A stretch of 32,000 nucleotides of DNA from Raphidiopsis brookii D9 (GCA_000175855.1 ACYB01000042.1:210001-242000); one strand, 5' to 3'; shown: positions 11,201 through 21,749, numbered from the stretch's first letter. The notes: generated from the letters alone by a model not told the origin. Made by a program: numbers and translations.

Positions 11201-13686
11201 CAACAGGTTTAATGCTCAGGAAGTTAAATGTGTGGTTCTCTTAACTTGTAACTCAAACATTAATTTCTGGAAAAATCACTTACAACAAACCATAGGTAGT
11301 TTATCAGAATGCATGAATTATGGCATGGAAACTGGCGATTTAGAACATGTTGGTTATGCATCTGCTATCTATAATCAAAATAAATTTTTAATTGGTGAAA
11401 ATTTAACCTGTCTTTTACAGGAATTGGAACCCATATAAATTTAATGTATAGATTTAAACAACAGGGCGCAGTTCTAGTACATTTAATTTGGAAGCAATTA
11501 GTTTTAGAGTTGTTAAATTATGATCCCAGTTCTGGTTCTTTTCATAATTCATTTGATAACATTGAATTGTTATCAATCTTAATCCAATCTAAAGCTTCTA
11601 CTCTAATATTCACATTCTACTTGGCTAAAACCATATTTTTCTACCTATTCCATAATTATCAAAAATCTTTAGAAGCTGTTCTTCAAATGACTCAACATTT
11701 GAATTACGTCTCTACTCAGATTGGTTGTAGCCAATATAATTTTTATTATTCTTTGGTTCTACTGGGTGAATACTCCCAAAAATCAAATGCAAATCAAAGA
11801 AAATTTAAGAAAAATACGAAAAATACTTACAAACTGTTAAATTCAATCAAGAATCTATGGCAATATGGGCCAGTAAATGTCCAGAAAATTATCAGCATAA
11901 GTATGATTTAATAGCAGCAGAAATGGCAAGAGTTCTCGGCAATCATTGGCAAGCAGGTGAACTTTATGATCAAGCTATTATGGGTGCTAGAAAAAATAGA
12001 TACATTCAGGAAGAAGCTCTGGCAAATGAGTTAGCTGCTAGATTCTATCTTAATTGTGGTAGGAACAAAATTGCCCAAACTTACTTAATTGATGCTTATT
12101 ATTGTTATCTAAATTGGGGTGCTAGGTCAAAAGTAATAGATCTGGAAATATCTTATCCTGAATTACTTGCTCCTGTCATCAAACCCAGAACAATAATTGC
12201 AGAAGAAACAAGTTTTATGACTAAAATTATGGATAGCAACAAAAATGTATCAGCTATCCTAGATTTGGAAACAGTTACAAAAGCATCCTTAGCCATTTCA
12301 TCAGAAATAAAAATAGATAAGTTACTGGGCACTTTATTGAATGTAATTATTGAAAATACGGGAGCGAAAAAAGCTGCGTTAGTTCTTAAAAAAGAATCCA
12401 GCTTGTTTACTGTAGTACAAGAAAATCAAAATACCGGTTGGGAACTCATACCAATTAAGGATAGTCAGGATATCCCAATTAATATAATCAATTATGTCAA
12501 CAACACTCAAAATGAAATACTTATTGATAGTAATAGTATAGATAAAAAATTTGCTGTAGATCCTTATATTATCAAATATCAGCCCAAGTCTATGCTGTGT
12601 AATCCTATATTAAAACATGGACAAATTATAGGTATAATTTATCTGGAAAATCGCTTGACTACGGGTGCATTTACTCCCGAAAGACTGAAAGTTTTAAAAC
12701 TACTATCTTCCCAAGCAGCTATTTCTTTAGAGAATGCTGAACTATATGAAAATTTGGAAGAAAAAGTCGCCATTAGAACTAAGGAGTTAAATGATAATAA
12801 TCTCTATCTGGAAAAAACTTTACAGGAGTTAAAATCTACCCAAATGCAGTTGATTCACACGGAAAAAATGTCCAGTTTAGGGCAAATGGTAGCTAGTATA
12901 GCTCATGAAATCAACAATCCTGTCAATTTTATATATGCTAATGTTGATCACGCCATTGACTATATTCAATACCTACTAGATTTACTCAATATCTATCAAC
13001 AAGAATATCCCACTCCCCACCAGATAATTGTGGAAAAAAGTAAGTCTATAAATCTTGATTTTTTAGTATCTGATTTACCAAAGGTATTAAATTCTATGTC
13101 CGTAGGTGCGGAAAGAATTCGAGATTTAGTTGTGAGTTTACGTAATTTTTCTCGTGTCGATGAATCAGAAATTAAACCTTTGGATGTTCACCAGAGTATT
13201 GACAGCACCTTAATCCTCTTACAACCTCAATTTAAGGAAAAGTTAGGATCTGCTAAAAATATTATTTTCAAAAATTATAGTAATCTGCCATTAATTACTT
13301 GTTATGCTTCTCAGTTAAATCAAGTGTTTATGAATATGATTAGTAATGCAATTGATGCTATATATGAGCATCGAAAAAATTTGTCAGGAGCAGCAAAAGA
13401 GACTTTTACTGGTCAAATAATCATCTCCACATTAGTGATTAATCGTGATTGGGTGGGTGTTTGCATTAAAGATAATGGTAAGGGGATGACTAACGAAGTG
13501 AAAAACCGAATTTTCGAGCCTTTTTTCACAACCAAACCCGTAGGTGAAGGTACTGGTTTAGGATTATCTATTAGTTATCAAATTATAGTCAATCAACATC
13601 GGGGAAAAATTGATTGTCTATCCCAACCAGGAATGGGAACAGAATTTGTCATCCAAATCCCCACGAATTGTTCTCAATACGATTAG
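8269..13686 (+). pseudogene. Giant hybrid Ser/Thr kinase - AAA ATPase - GAF - histidine kinase, interrupted by three apparent single-base frameshifts (real lesions or sequencing errors)
   Basis: ORFs 8200..8715, 8712..11438, 11444..11911 and 11857..13686 are consecutive segments of one protein: VIHKDIKPKN.. catalytic loop, Walker A GSSGIGKTAIV, GAF (SILDLETVTKASLAISSEIKIDKLL), H-box SLGQMVASIAHEINNPVNF, ATPase boxes NAIDAI / DNGKGM / GTGLGLSI. Confidence 0.88.
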
Positions 13687-13798
13687 AATATTGTGGGAGC
13701 GTAAAAGCCCATGAAACTAAATACTATTCATGAGCAGTTAAGTGCAACTAAATGCAATTAAACTTGTTGCAATTATTTAAGGTTATCTAGTTTTTCTA

Positions 13799-14311
13799 TC
13801 AGTCCTCATCTTCCTCATCTTCATATTCTTCATCAAAAATCTCATCTATTAACTCTTCAGCACGATCATCAGAAATCTTTAATGCTTCCTGTAGTGCAAG
13901 TAGATAGTCTTGGTCAGCTTCGGACAATTCCTCATCAATATCCATGATGAGTAGGGCCAGGACGTATGCGATTTCACAATAAATACCTTCATCTTCTAAT
14001 TTTAATAGAGATGAAATAGCACTGGGGATGAGATCCTCAAGTCGGTTCTTGTTTTCATCAATATAGGAATCCACTGTAGATGATAAAGCATTAAATTCTT
14101 CTTCAGTGTATTCATCAAAAATTTGTAAACCATCAAACAGGTCAGGGATGGGATAGTCTTTAGTGTAAATAATACCTTCTTGCTCATTAGCAGCGGAAAA
14201 AAGTCCGAGGATAGAGATAGCTACCTCCGGTTTGAGGTCAAGAGGATTTTGACTGGTGCCCTTAACGAGCTGACTTTTAGACTGTGTTTTGGACATAGGG
14301 ATCCTTGTCAT
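13799..14311 (-). CDS. Conserved acidic hypothetical protein
   Basis: 170 aa ORF with C-terminal acidic tail (ELIDEIFDEEYEDEEDED); no family assigned. Start may be the internal MSKTQ. Confidence 0.6.
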   Translation of the reverse strand: MTRIPMSKTQSKSQLVKGTSQNPLDLKPEVAISILGLFSAANEQEGIIYTKDYPIPDLFDGLQIFDEYTEEEFNALSSTVDSYIDENKNRLEDLIPSAISSLLKLEDEGIYCEIAYVLALLIMDIDEELSEADQDYLLALQEALKISDDRAEELIDEIFDEEYEDEEDED

Positions 14312-14436
14312 TTAATCAATACTATCCTACCTTGAGAGATGGAAAATACCTAAGTCATATTCCCCAATCCACTGGAAATTAGTGATATGATGTTTTATTA
14401 TCATGACCACCACAAGACCAATTAGAAAACAGACCC

Positions 14437-15390
14437 ATGACAATGGGAAAAAGAACACAGGCCAAAGAGCTGGAAGTTAGACTACTGCGAGAAGGTATTA
14501 TCGAATCTCGACACGTAGTACAAGCTGCAGTTAGCGATCACAGAGGAAGGGTTTTATCTGTAGCTGGTAACGCTGAAACAGCTACATTTGCACGTTCCGC
14601 ATTGAAACCATTTCAAGCTCTAGCTGTGACTAGTACGGGCACCATAGAACGCTATGGTTTGAGCGATCGCGACCTAGCAATTATCACTAGTTCTCACCAA
14701 GGTAGCATTGAACAAGTTAGACAAGTATTTAATATTATCTGGCGGGTTGACTTAGAAACAACTACGTTACAATGCCCCATTCCTTCCGGCAAACGCAGTC
14801 CATTAGAATATAATTGTTCTGGTAAACATGCGGGTATGTTAGCTGTTTGTCAGCAAAGGCACTGGCCTTTAAATAGTTATTTAGATAGAAAACATCCTGT
14901 GCAACAGTTGATTTTGGGCAAAGTAGCAGAACTACTAAGAATGCCAGCAGCAGAATTTATTGGTGTTCATGACGATTGTGGTGCACCGACATATCTCATG
15001 CAAGTCGGTCAAATGGCTTTCTTATATGCTCTCTTAGGATCTAGCAATAACCTGGACATGGAAAGGATTGTGCGAGCAATGAATCACCATCCAGTGATGG
15101 TAGCTGGAGAAGGAGAATTTGACACGGAAATAATGCGATTGGCCCCTGGAGAACTAATTAGTAAGTCTGGATCTGAAGGAGTGCAGTGTATTAGTAGACT
15201 GGGAGAAGGAATGGGATTGGCTCTTAAGGTAACAGATGGAAGCAAACGAGCTAAGTACGCAGCAGCTATTCATCTACTACAGCAAATGGGATGGATTAGT
15301 CCTAGTGTGGCCCAAAGTTTGGGAGATAAATTCATGAACCTGAGTAAATACAAGCGTTTGGAGGTAATTGGAGAATTATCACTTTTATAG
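14437..15390 (+). CDS. Asparaginase (L-asparaginase II family)
   Basis: ARSALKPFQALAV, ITSSHQGS, YNCSGKHAGMLAVC, GVHDDCGAPTY motifs. Confidence 0.9.
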   Translation: MTMGKRTQAKELEVRLLREGIIESRHVVQAAVSDHRGRVLSVAGNAETATFARSALKPFQALAVTSTGTIERYGLSDRDLAIITSSHQGSIEQVRQVFNIIWRVDLETTTLQCPIPSGKRSPLEYNCSGKHAGMLAVCQQRHWPLNSYLDRKHPVQQLILGKVAELLRMPAAEFIGVHDDCGAPTYLMQVGQMAFLYALLGSSNNLDMERIVRAMNHHPVMVAGEGEFDTEIMRLAPGELISKSGSEGVQCISRLGEGMGLALKVTDGSKRAKYAAAIHLLQQMGWISPSVAQSLGDKFMNLSKYKRLEVIGELSLL

Positions 15391-15442
15391 TTGACAAATT
15401 CTAAATTTGGAGTTATATTAAGTGGGTAGAGAAAAAAGGCGA

Positions 15443-15516
<74 letters not shown>

Positions 15517-15573
15517 TTTGTATGGTACAAAAAAACTAGTTACCCCACTGGATTTAAGAAGTGGGGTTTATGC

Positions 15574-16575
15574 CTACTCAGCGGCAAACAAATTTTTGGC
15601 GCTGACACAGTCTGTTTGAATTTGGCGTTTAAGAGCTTCCAAATTGGGAAAATTTTGTTCAGGACGTAAGAATTTTACTAGCTCTACTACCAGTTGTTTA
15701 CCATATAAGTCGCCTTCCCAATCAAATAAATGTACTTCTACAGATAAAGAATAGCCATTGACTGTAGGGCGATTGCCTATATTCATCACCCCAAGGATAA
15801 CCTGGGGACTCGTGTCTGTTAAAACCCTAACAGCATATACTCCTTGAAGAGGTAAAAATTTATCCTGTGATAGTTGAAGATTAGCTGTGGGAAATCCGAT
15901 AGTTCTACCTAGTTTTTTTCCGGTGACTACTATGCCAGATAGAGTATAAGGTCTTCCCAATAGACGGTTAGCCCTGGGAATATCACCTAGAGATAAAGAT
16001 TCTCGGATTAGGGAAGTGCTAATACGATTATCTTGACCATCTAGTGCCCCATCATTTGCGGGTAAATTAATCATATCCATTTGAATAGGAACTATATTAA
16101 CAGGTATATTGTAAAAACCGGCTAAAATTTGCAAATCCCTAGCAGTGCCAAGACGCTTTTGACCAAAACAAAAGTCTTCACCCACACTAATTTTTTGACA
16201 TTGGAGTTGTTGTACCAGGATTTTTTCTACAAAATCCCGGGGTGAAAGAGCAGATAATTCCCTATCAAAGGGTAGTAATACTAGTTGATCTATACCTAAC
16301 CCTTGTAGACACTCTATTTTTTCCACCAGTGGTGTTAACAGAGTGCGGGGTTGGCCACTAAAAAATTCCTCAGGATGGGGATCAAAGGTAACAACTGTTG
16401 AGTAGATGGACTTTATATTGTCTTGGGTGTGGGAATTTCGAACCGGTTCAATAACTCGTTGATGACCAAGATGAACACCATCAAACTTACCAAGAGCAAC
16501 AGCAGTTGGTGTTAGTATCTGGTCTGTGGAAGCAGCAACCCAGATAGAAGACCTATTTTGAGTCAAATTTAGCAC
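15574..16575 (-). CDS. ribF: Bifunctional riboflavin kinase / FAD synthetase
   Basis: KFDGVHLGHQRVI, VVTFDPHPEEF, GRTIGFPTANL, GVYAVRV motifs. Confidence 0.96.
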   Translation of the reverse strand: MLNLTQNRSSIWVAASTDQILTPTAVALGKFDGVHLGHQRVIEPVRNSHTQDNIKSIYSTVVTFDPHPEEFFSGQPRTLLTPLVEKIECLQGLGIDQLVLLPFDRELSALSPRDFVEKILVQQLQCQKISVGEDFCFGQKRLGTARDLQILAGFYNIPVNIVPIQMDMINLPANDGALDGQDNRISTSLIRESLSLGDIPRANRLLGRPYTLSGIVVTGKKLGRTIGFPTANLQLSQDKFLPLQGVYAVRVLTDTSPQVILGVMNIGNRPTVNGYSLSVEVHLFDWEGDLYGKQLVVELVKFLRPEQNFPNLEALKRQIQTDCVSAKNLFAAE

Positions 16576-16682
16576 TTAGATTTACTTAGTGGTATTAAGG
16601 GGATGGTCGACATGGTCAAATCTATTCAAGGTATGAAATAATAACTGTGTGAGTGACCATAAGAGATAAGGATAAAGTTAGG

Positions 16683-17051
16683 ATGTATATGGGCTTTGAT
16701 CAAGACAAACGCAAAATACTCTCCGCCCTGTGCCACGGTGCGATTTTCTTTAGCACTACTGTGATATCTGTGGGTTTACCTGTTGCCATACTAATTATTT
16801 CCGATGACCCAGTTGTTAAAGATAATGCCAAGGAGTCCATAAATTTCCATTTTAACGTTTGGTTTTATGGGGCCATTTTAGCAGGTTTGTTTTTTCTGTT
16901 GGGTTGGTTAGTTTTACCCCTAATAATATTACTTCCTCTAGCGGGTGTGGGATATTTAATTCATTGGGGACTGACAATTTTTGCCATTCTCAAGGTCTTG
17001 GCAAATCCAGACCTGGCCTTTAGCTATCCTTTTATCTTTCGAGTTTTTTAA
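16683..17051 (+). CDS. DUF4870-like small membrane protein (ORF open from a GTG at 16653)
   Basis: ILSALCHGAIFFSTTVISVGLPVAILI...SINFHFNVWFYGAI pattern with 3 hydrophobic segments. Confidence 0.8.
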   Translation: MYMGFDQDKRKILSALCHGAIFFSTTVISVGLPVAILIISDDPVVKDNAKESINFHFNVWFYGAILAGLFFLLGWLVLPLIILLPLAGVGYLIHWGLTIFAILKVLANPDLAFSYPFIFRVF

Positions 17052-17256
17052 AAGTCAACATTAATTTTTGGTAAATTATTTCCGAGAAAGTATCAACCCA
17101 GCTGTAAAATATGAAGTTGCCCCATAGCTTGATTAGCAGTGAAGTAAACACAGTTAAGCAGTGTTTTTATTTTAGCTGAAAGTCCAAGACCCGATTATGG
17201 TGTTTTTGACTGTTTCTTGTATGTTCACCACATTGTCTGAGATCAAATTAGGTTTT

Positions 17257-18234
17257 ATGTTTCCCACCCATCGTCCCCGTCGTTTACGTACCCATCCTCA
17301 ATTACGTCGGATGGTGCGTGAAACAGTCTTAACTAGAAGTGATTTAATCTATCCTTTGTTTGCTGTTCCTGGTCAAAGTATTGCTAATGAGGTAAAATCC
17401 ATGCCAGGGGTTTATCAACTTTCCATAGACAAAATTGTGGAAGAAGCAAAGGAGGTCTATGATTTAGGAATTCCAGCAATTATTTTATTCGGTATACCTG
17501 AAGACAAAGATATAGATGCTACTGGTGCCTGGCATGACTGTGGTATTGTACAAAAGGCAACAACCGCAGTTAAACAAGCAGTTCCAGATTTAATCGTGGT
17601 CACGGATACTTGTTTGTGTGAGTACACTAGTCATGGTCATTGTGGTTACTTACAAACAGGAGACTTAACGGGAAGAGTGTTAAATGATCCCACTTTAGAG
17701 TTGTTGAAAAAAACTGCAATTTCTCAAGCTCAAGCTGGTGCTGATATTATTGCTCCTTCTGGAATGATGGATGGTTTTGTCCAAGCTATTCGCGCTGGCT
17801 TAGATGAAGCGGGTTTTGAAAATATTCCCATCATGTCTTATGCTGCCAAGTATGCTTCTGCCTATTATGGTCCATTTAGAGATGCCGCAGACTCCACACC
17901 GCAATTTGGTGACAGACGCACTTACCAAATGGATCCGGCTAATTCCCGGGAAGCTCTTAAAGAAATAGAGTTGGATATTATTGAAGGTGCTGATATGCTG
18001 ATGGTAAAACCAGCCTTGGCATATATGGATATTATTTGGCAGGTTAAACAAGCAAGTAATTTACCTGTGGCAGCTTACAATGTATCTGGAGAGTATTCTA
18101 TGGTAAAAGCAGCTGCTTTAAATGGCTGGATAGATGAGCAGCGAGTTGTTATGGAAACTCTAACAGGATTTAAGCGTGCAGGTGCTGACATGATTCTGAC
18201 CTATCATGCTAAAGAAGCGGTTAAATGGTTGTAG
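17257..18234 (+). CDS. hemB: Delta-aminolevulinic acid dehydratase (porphobilinogen synthase); ORF open from 17197
   Basis: [17 protein letters not shown] metal site, [31 protein letters not shown] signatures. Confidence 0.97.
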   Translation: MFPTHRPRRLRTHPQLRRMVRETVLTRSDLIYPLFAVPGQSIANEVKSMPGVYQLSIDKIVEEAKEVYDLGIPAIILFGIPEDKDIDATGAWHDCGIVQKATTAVKQAVPDLIVVTDTCLCEYTSHGHCGYLQTGDLTGRVLNDPTLELLKKTAISQAQAGADIIAPSGMMDGFVQAIRAGLDEAGFENIPIMSYAAKYASAYYGPFRDAADSTPQFGDRRTYQMDPANSREALKEIELDIIEGADMLMVKPALAYMDIIWQVKQASNLPVAAYNVSGEYSMVKAAALNGWIDEQRVVMETLTGFKRAGADMILTYHAKEAVKWL

Positions 18235-18269
18235 ATAAATATCTTGGTAGATATATCTTGTATTTACGA

Positions 18270-18524
18270 TCAGGTGGATTCACTGCTTTTTGCTGAGTTG
18301 GTAGTGATTTCAATGAGGAGAACGCATCCAGGGGGAAATTTTGTCTCTTCTACTGCGATCGCAGGCGCATCACCAGACTGAACCAGTTGATGAATGCGGG
18401 CTCGACGCACAGTTACCATAGCAAATTCTGCTGCTACAAAAAAGGCGTTAATTGTTATCAAAATTAGTATTGACAACAATTTTAATCCTATATCTGTCCA
18501 AATTAACTGGGGAAAAGTGATCAC
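18270..18524 (-). pseudogene. Truncated remnant of a hemolysin-like CNNM/CBS (TlyC/CorC-type) membrane protein gene
   Basis: 84 aa; N-terminus ILILITINAFFVAAEFAMVTVRRARIHQLVQSGD matches the start of the CNNM domain, but the remaining roughly 400 aa are absent and the C-terminus is unrelated. Confidence 0.7.
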
Positions 18525-18619
18525 CTCTCAAGCTCGTGTAGAATAATTTTTATGGGAATTTTAGACTGCTCCCAACTCCCTATTCTAGATGAAATTTGGT
18601 GTTGATTTTTTATTTTTCC

Positions 18620-19333
18620 TTATTTTTCTACGGGAATATCAGACAGCTGTAATTTGAGTTTTTGAGCAGGGTAGTCTGTTAGAGACAAGGTTAAACTACT
18701 CACATCATTAAGTAAAGCAGTGGGGATGCTAATGTTACCCATAAATACGGACCCGTTACCTGGCAGCTCGGCAGGTAAACCTTCCGTAGTAGCAGTTAAA
18801 ACTCTGCCTCTATTATCGGTGACATCCAGAAAACTATATAAAAATCTCACAGATTCATTAGATTGATTGTGCATTTTGACCTTGAGTATGAGTTGACCAC
18901 CGGAATAACTAGCTGACTGTACGGACATATTTACACCCTCACTTTCAGCCACCACAGGAAATCCTGGCTGTGGTGGTTCTTCTGGAAGTTCTTGTGCTTT
19001 TTGTTGAGATTTATCTTTTGTGGATACTGTTTGCTCCTCTTCTTCGACCTTTTTTGTTCGATTAGTTTTAGTCTTGTTTTGTTCTATTCTTTTTTTTACC
19101 TGATTAATTATATCCTCTTCTTTCAAGAAAGATATGGGAACGGATTGCAAATTATTATTCCCACTACTAATTAACTTAGATGTGGGACGACCATCTGGTG
19201 ATGTTACTCCCTTGAGAGCAGAGCTTCCCATAGAAAAACCCAAAAAGGCACTAACCGAACCTGTCATCAGCATGAGGGCCACCAAAATTAAGGTTAGAAC
19301 CGCAGTCGAATTTGTTGTCATCATTGTCATCAC
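18620..19333 (-). CDS. Hypothetical membrane-anchored/secreted protein
   Basis: 237 aa; N-terminal hydrophobic anchor then a lysine/glutamate-rich linker and a beta-rich C-terminal part. Confidence 0.6.
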   Translation of the reverse strand: MMTMMTTNSTAVLTLILVALMLMTGSVSAFLGFSMGSSALKGVTSPDGRPTSKLISSGNNNLQSVPISFLKEEDIINQVKKRIEQNKTKTNRTKKVEEEEQTVSTKDKSQQKAQELPEEPPQPGFPVVAESEGVNMSVQSASYSGGQLILKVKMHNQSNESVRFLYSFLDVTDNRGRVLTATTEGLPAELPGNGSVFMGNISIPTALLNDVSSLTLSLTDYPAQKLKLQLSDIPVEK

Positions 19334-19451
19334 TGTCAGACCTTGTTTAATAGCGATTTCCAGCCTAAACGAAAAATTTTTTTTTTGGTTGGCGTAAAAT
19401 TCTAAAAACTATGCTATGTTAGTTTGAGTTGGTTTAAACCCCAACCAACTA

Positions 19452-19485
19452 GCGCCTTTGGCCGATTGGGGAGGCAACGAACTCA
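19452..19485 (+). tRNA. 5' half of a putative intron-split tRNA (CAU anticodon; elongator Met or k2C-Ile)
   Basis: GCGCCTT (acceptor) TG GCC-GATTGGGGA-GGC (D arm) A ACGAA (anticodon stem) CTCA (loop 32-35), ending directly at intron GTGCG. Pairs with the 3' half at 21750..21788. Confidence 0.72.
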
Positions 19486-19999
19486 GTGCGACAGTCTCAA
19501 CTCCATCCATGAGGGTGAAAGTCCCTCCATCAAGTCAGATGATGACTCCAGTGTACACTTCTCTATTCTGACCCAATAGAGGGGGGAAGCAAGTACACAA
19601 ATCCAACGCCAAGAGAGTCCGCTCAAAGCAGAGGAAAGGGAGTTCATATGGCTAACGAAAGTGAACCTACGTGAGAACTACGGTCAAATACAGCAGTGAA
19701 ATGGACTGACACACTGCGAACAAAAGTTCAATGTGGCAAGTGGAGTAACCCCTATGTTGAGTGATAGGAATTCTGACCTTCCAGACCACACCGTAGAAAG
19801 TAGGAGCCTAAGTGAACACAATAATGGTTGGCGAACAAAGATTGGGAACTAACTGTCTTGTAAACCTTTATAAGGAGGCTAGGTCAAAGCCCTAAGATAG
19901 TTGGGAAGGAACTTACCTCAAGCCAAAGTCTACCTGTAATGGGTAGAATATGCCGAAAGGTAAGTGGCTACATTTGAGGTGAATCAAAGATAAAAGCCG

Positions 20000-21676
20000 A
20001 TGACTAAAGCTCAAGAAGCAGTATGGACACGTTTGGACTGGAGTGAAATCCAATACAAGGTGTCGCGGTTGCAATCCAAGATTTATCAAGCATCTCTAAC
20101 TGGAGACAAAAGTTCTGTTGTTAAATATCAGAAAATCCTAATAAATTCCTACAGCGCCAAACTATTGGCAATTAAAAAGGTCACACAGGATAACAAGGGT
20201 AAAAAAACAGCAGATGGTAAGGAATGGGTCAAACTAGCTCAGAACCTGGAACTAGACGGAAAGGCAAGTCCATTAACATGGGTAAAAGTCCCTAAGTCAA
20301 ATGGAGAGTTCGGAAATCTAGGAGTTCCCACTGGAGAGGATAAAGCTAAACAGGCGTTAGCAAGAATGGCTCTAGAACCAGAATGGGAAGCCAAATTTGA
20401 ACCCAATAGCTATGGGTTCAGACCAGGGAGAAGCTATCATGATGCCATCATCGCCATTGAGGTTCAGGTCCGTACAAGAACTAACTATGTCCTAAGTGTG
20501 GATATGGGCGGTTGCTTTGACAAAATAAAACATGAGGCAATAATTCAAAGGTGTAACACCTTCCCCATAATGGAGCGTCAAATCATAGCATGGCTGAAAA
20601 GCGGAGTAATGATAGGCGACGTATTCTATCCAACGGAAAGGGGTGTGCCGGTAGGAGGGGTTATTTCGCCCCTCTTAGTAAATATTGCACTACACGGACT
20701 GGAAACTCACATCTCTCAGAAATTGCCTAGTGCCAATCAGGCTCAAGGTAAGCTCGGGGGACTGGTGAGATATGCCCATGACTTCCTGGTACTACACTGG
20801 GAAGAAGAAACCATCAAAGCAGCAAAGACTGAAGTGGAGACCTGGTTGGGAGAAATAGGGTTAAACCTAAATCAACAGAAGGTCAGGATGTGCCACACCA
20901 TGGAGGAATACAACGGAGAAAAGCCGGGACTAGACTTTCTTGGATTTAATATCAGGACCTATAAGATAGGCAAGTATAAATCCAGTGAAAAAGTCAATGG
21001 CGAATTTCCGGGGATGTTAACCAAAGTCAAACCATCGGAGAGGTCCGTGGAAAGATTTGTGAATGACATCAAAGAAACTCTAAATCAAGGGCACGACAAA
21101 AACCCCGCGATAATGATCAAGCAATTGAGCTGGATAATCAGAAGCTGGGCAAACTACTTCAAGTCGGGTAGCCACTCCCGGGAAACTTTTGGTGAATTAC
21201 AAAGCCACAGGCTAGATAAAGTGTATCTAAACTGGGGAAGGAAAAGATTTGCCAAGTATGGTCTTGGGTACATACGCAAGAAGATATTCCACGAAACACC
21301 AAGAAAGACTAGTACTTTCGGGTGGAAGGAAGGAAACACTCTCTTCACAGTGCCCACATTATACGAGTTCCCATACGCCCAATATATCAAAGTAGAGGGA
21401 ATAAGAAGCCCCTATGACGGAGATTGGGTATACTGGACGAAAAGAATGGCTGACCACCCGGAAACACCTCAAGACATCAAGTTCGGAATAGCACAACAGA
21501 AAGGTAAGTGCTACTTATGTGGTCAAAACCTAACTGTTGAGGACTCCCTTAAAATCCATTATATAGGCGGAAATAAAAACAACAACAGAAAAACAAAGGC
21601 AGTAGTACATAATCACTGTCATGAAAGTCACCAAAGGATGACGGTATCTCAAACGGAGATATTGGGTGTAGCTTGA
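20000..21676 (+). CDS. Group II intron-encoded reverse transcriptase/maturase with C-terminal HNH-like domain; RT motif reads YAHD instead of YADD
   Basis: 558 aa; LGVPTGEDKAKQALARMALEPEWEAKFEPNSYGFRPGRS, GVPQGG-like GVPVGGVISPLL, GGLVRYAHDFLVLH, C-terminal CYLCG...IHYIGGNKNNN...HNHCH. Confidence 0.95.
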   Translation: MTKAQEAVWTRLDWSEIQYKVSRLQSKIYQASLTGDKSSVVKYQKILINSYSAKLLAIKKVTQDNKGKKTADGKEWVKLAQNLELDGKASPLTWVKVPKSNGEFGNLGVPTGEDKAKQALARMALEPEWEAKFEPNSYGFRPGRSYHDAIIAIEVQVRTRTNYVLSVDMGGCFDKIKHEAIIQRCNTFPIMERQIIAWLKSGVMIGDVFYPTERGVPVGGVISPLLVNIALHGLETHISQKLPSANQAQGKLGGLVRYAHDFLVLHWEEETIKAAKTEVETWLGEIGLNLNQQKVRMCHTMEEYNGEKPGLDFLGFNIRTYKIGKYKSSEKVNGEFPGMLTKVKPSERSVERFVNDIKETLNQGHDKNPAIMIKQLSWIIRSWANYFKSGSHSRETFGELQSHRLDKVYLNWGRKRFAKYGLGYIRKKIFHETPRKTSTFGWKEGNTLFTVPTLYEFPYAQYIKVEGIRSPYDGDWVYWTKRMADHPETPQDIKFGIAQQKGKCYLCGQNLTVEDSLKIHYIGGNKNNNRKTKAVVHNHCHESHQRMTVSQTEILGVA

Positions 21677-21710
21677 AGCCGTGTGCGGTGAAAGTCGCAA
21701 GCACGGTTTT
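21676..21710 (+). ncRNA. Group II intron domain V hairpin
   Basis: AAGCCGTG...GAAA...CACGGTTT stem-loop just downstream of the maturase stop; classic catalytic domain V consensus. Confidence 0.88.
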
Positions 21711-21749
21711 GCAGCCGAGTTATCCGAGTAATTGGGTAGTTTAGGTAAC

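Larger units (their letters stand above)
19486..21749 (+). mobile_element. Group II intron carrying an RT/maturase ORF, inserted within the tRNA anticodon
   Basis: 5' end GTGCGACAGTCTCAACTCC. Domain V AGCCGTGTGCGGTGAAAGTCGCAAGCACGGTTT at about 21676-21710. Domain VI ends ...TTTAGGTAAC with a candidate branch A 7 nt from the 3' end (terminal AC). Candidate EBS1 TGAGT at 19758-19762 complements ACTCA at the end of the 5' exon. Confidence 0.88.

Noticed and set aside
11444-11911. ORF 11444..11911 as an independent gene
   Set aside because: Its protein continues the upstream and downstream kinase segments in shifted frames; treated as one interrupted gene.
21154-21390. Minus-strand ORFs inside the intron, such as 21154..21390
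   Set aside because: Antisense to the well supported maturase ORF, with no recognisable domain; likely spurious.
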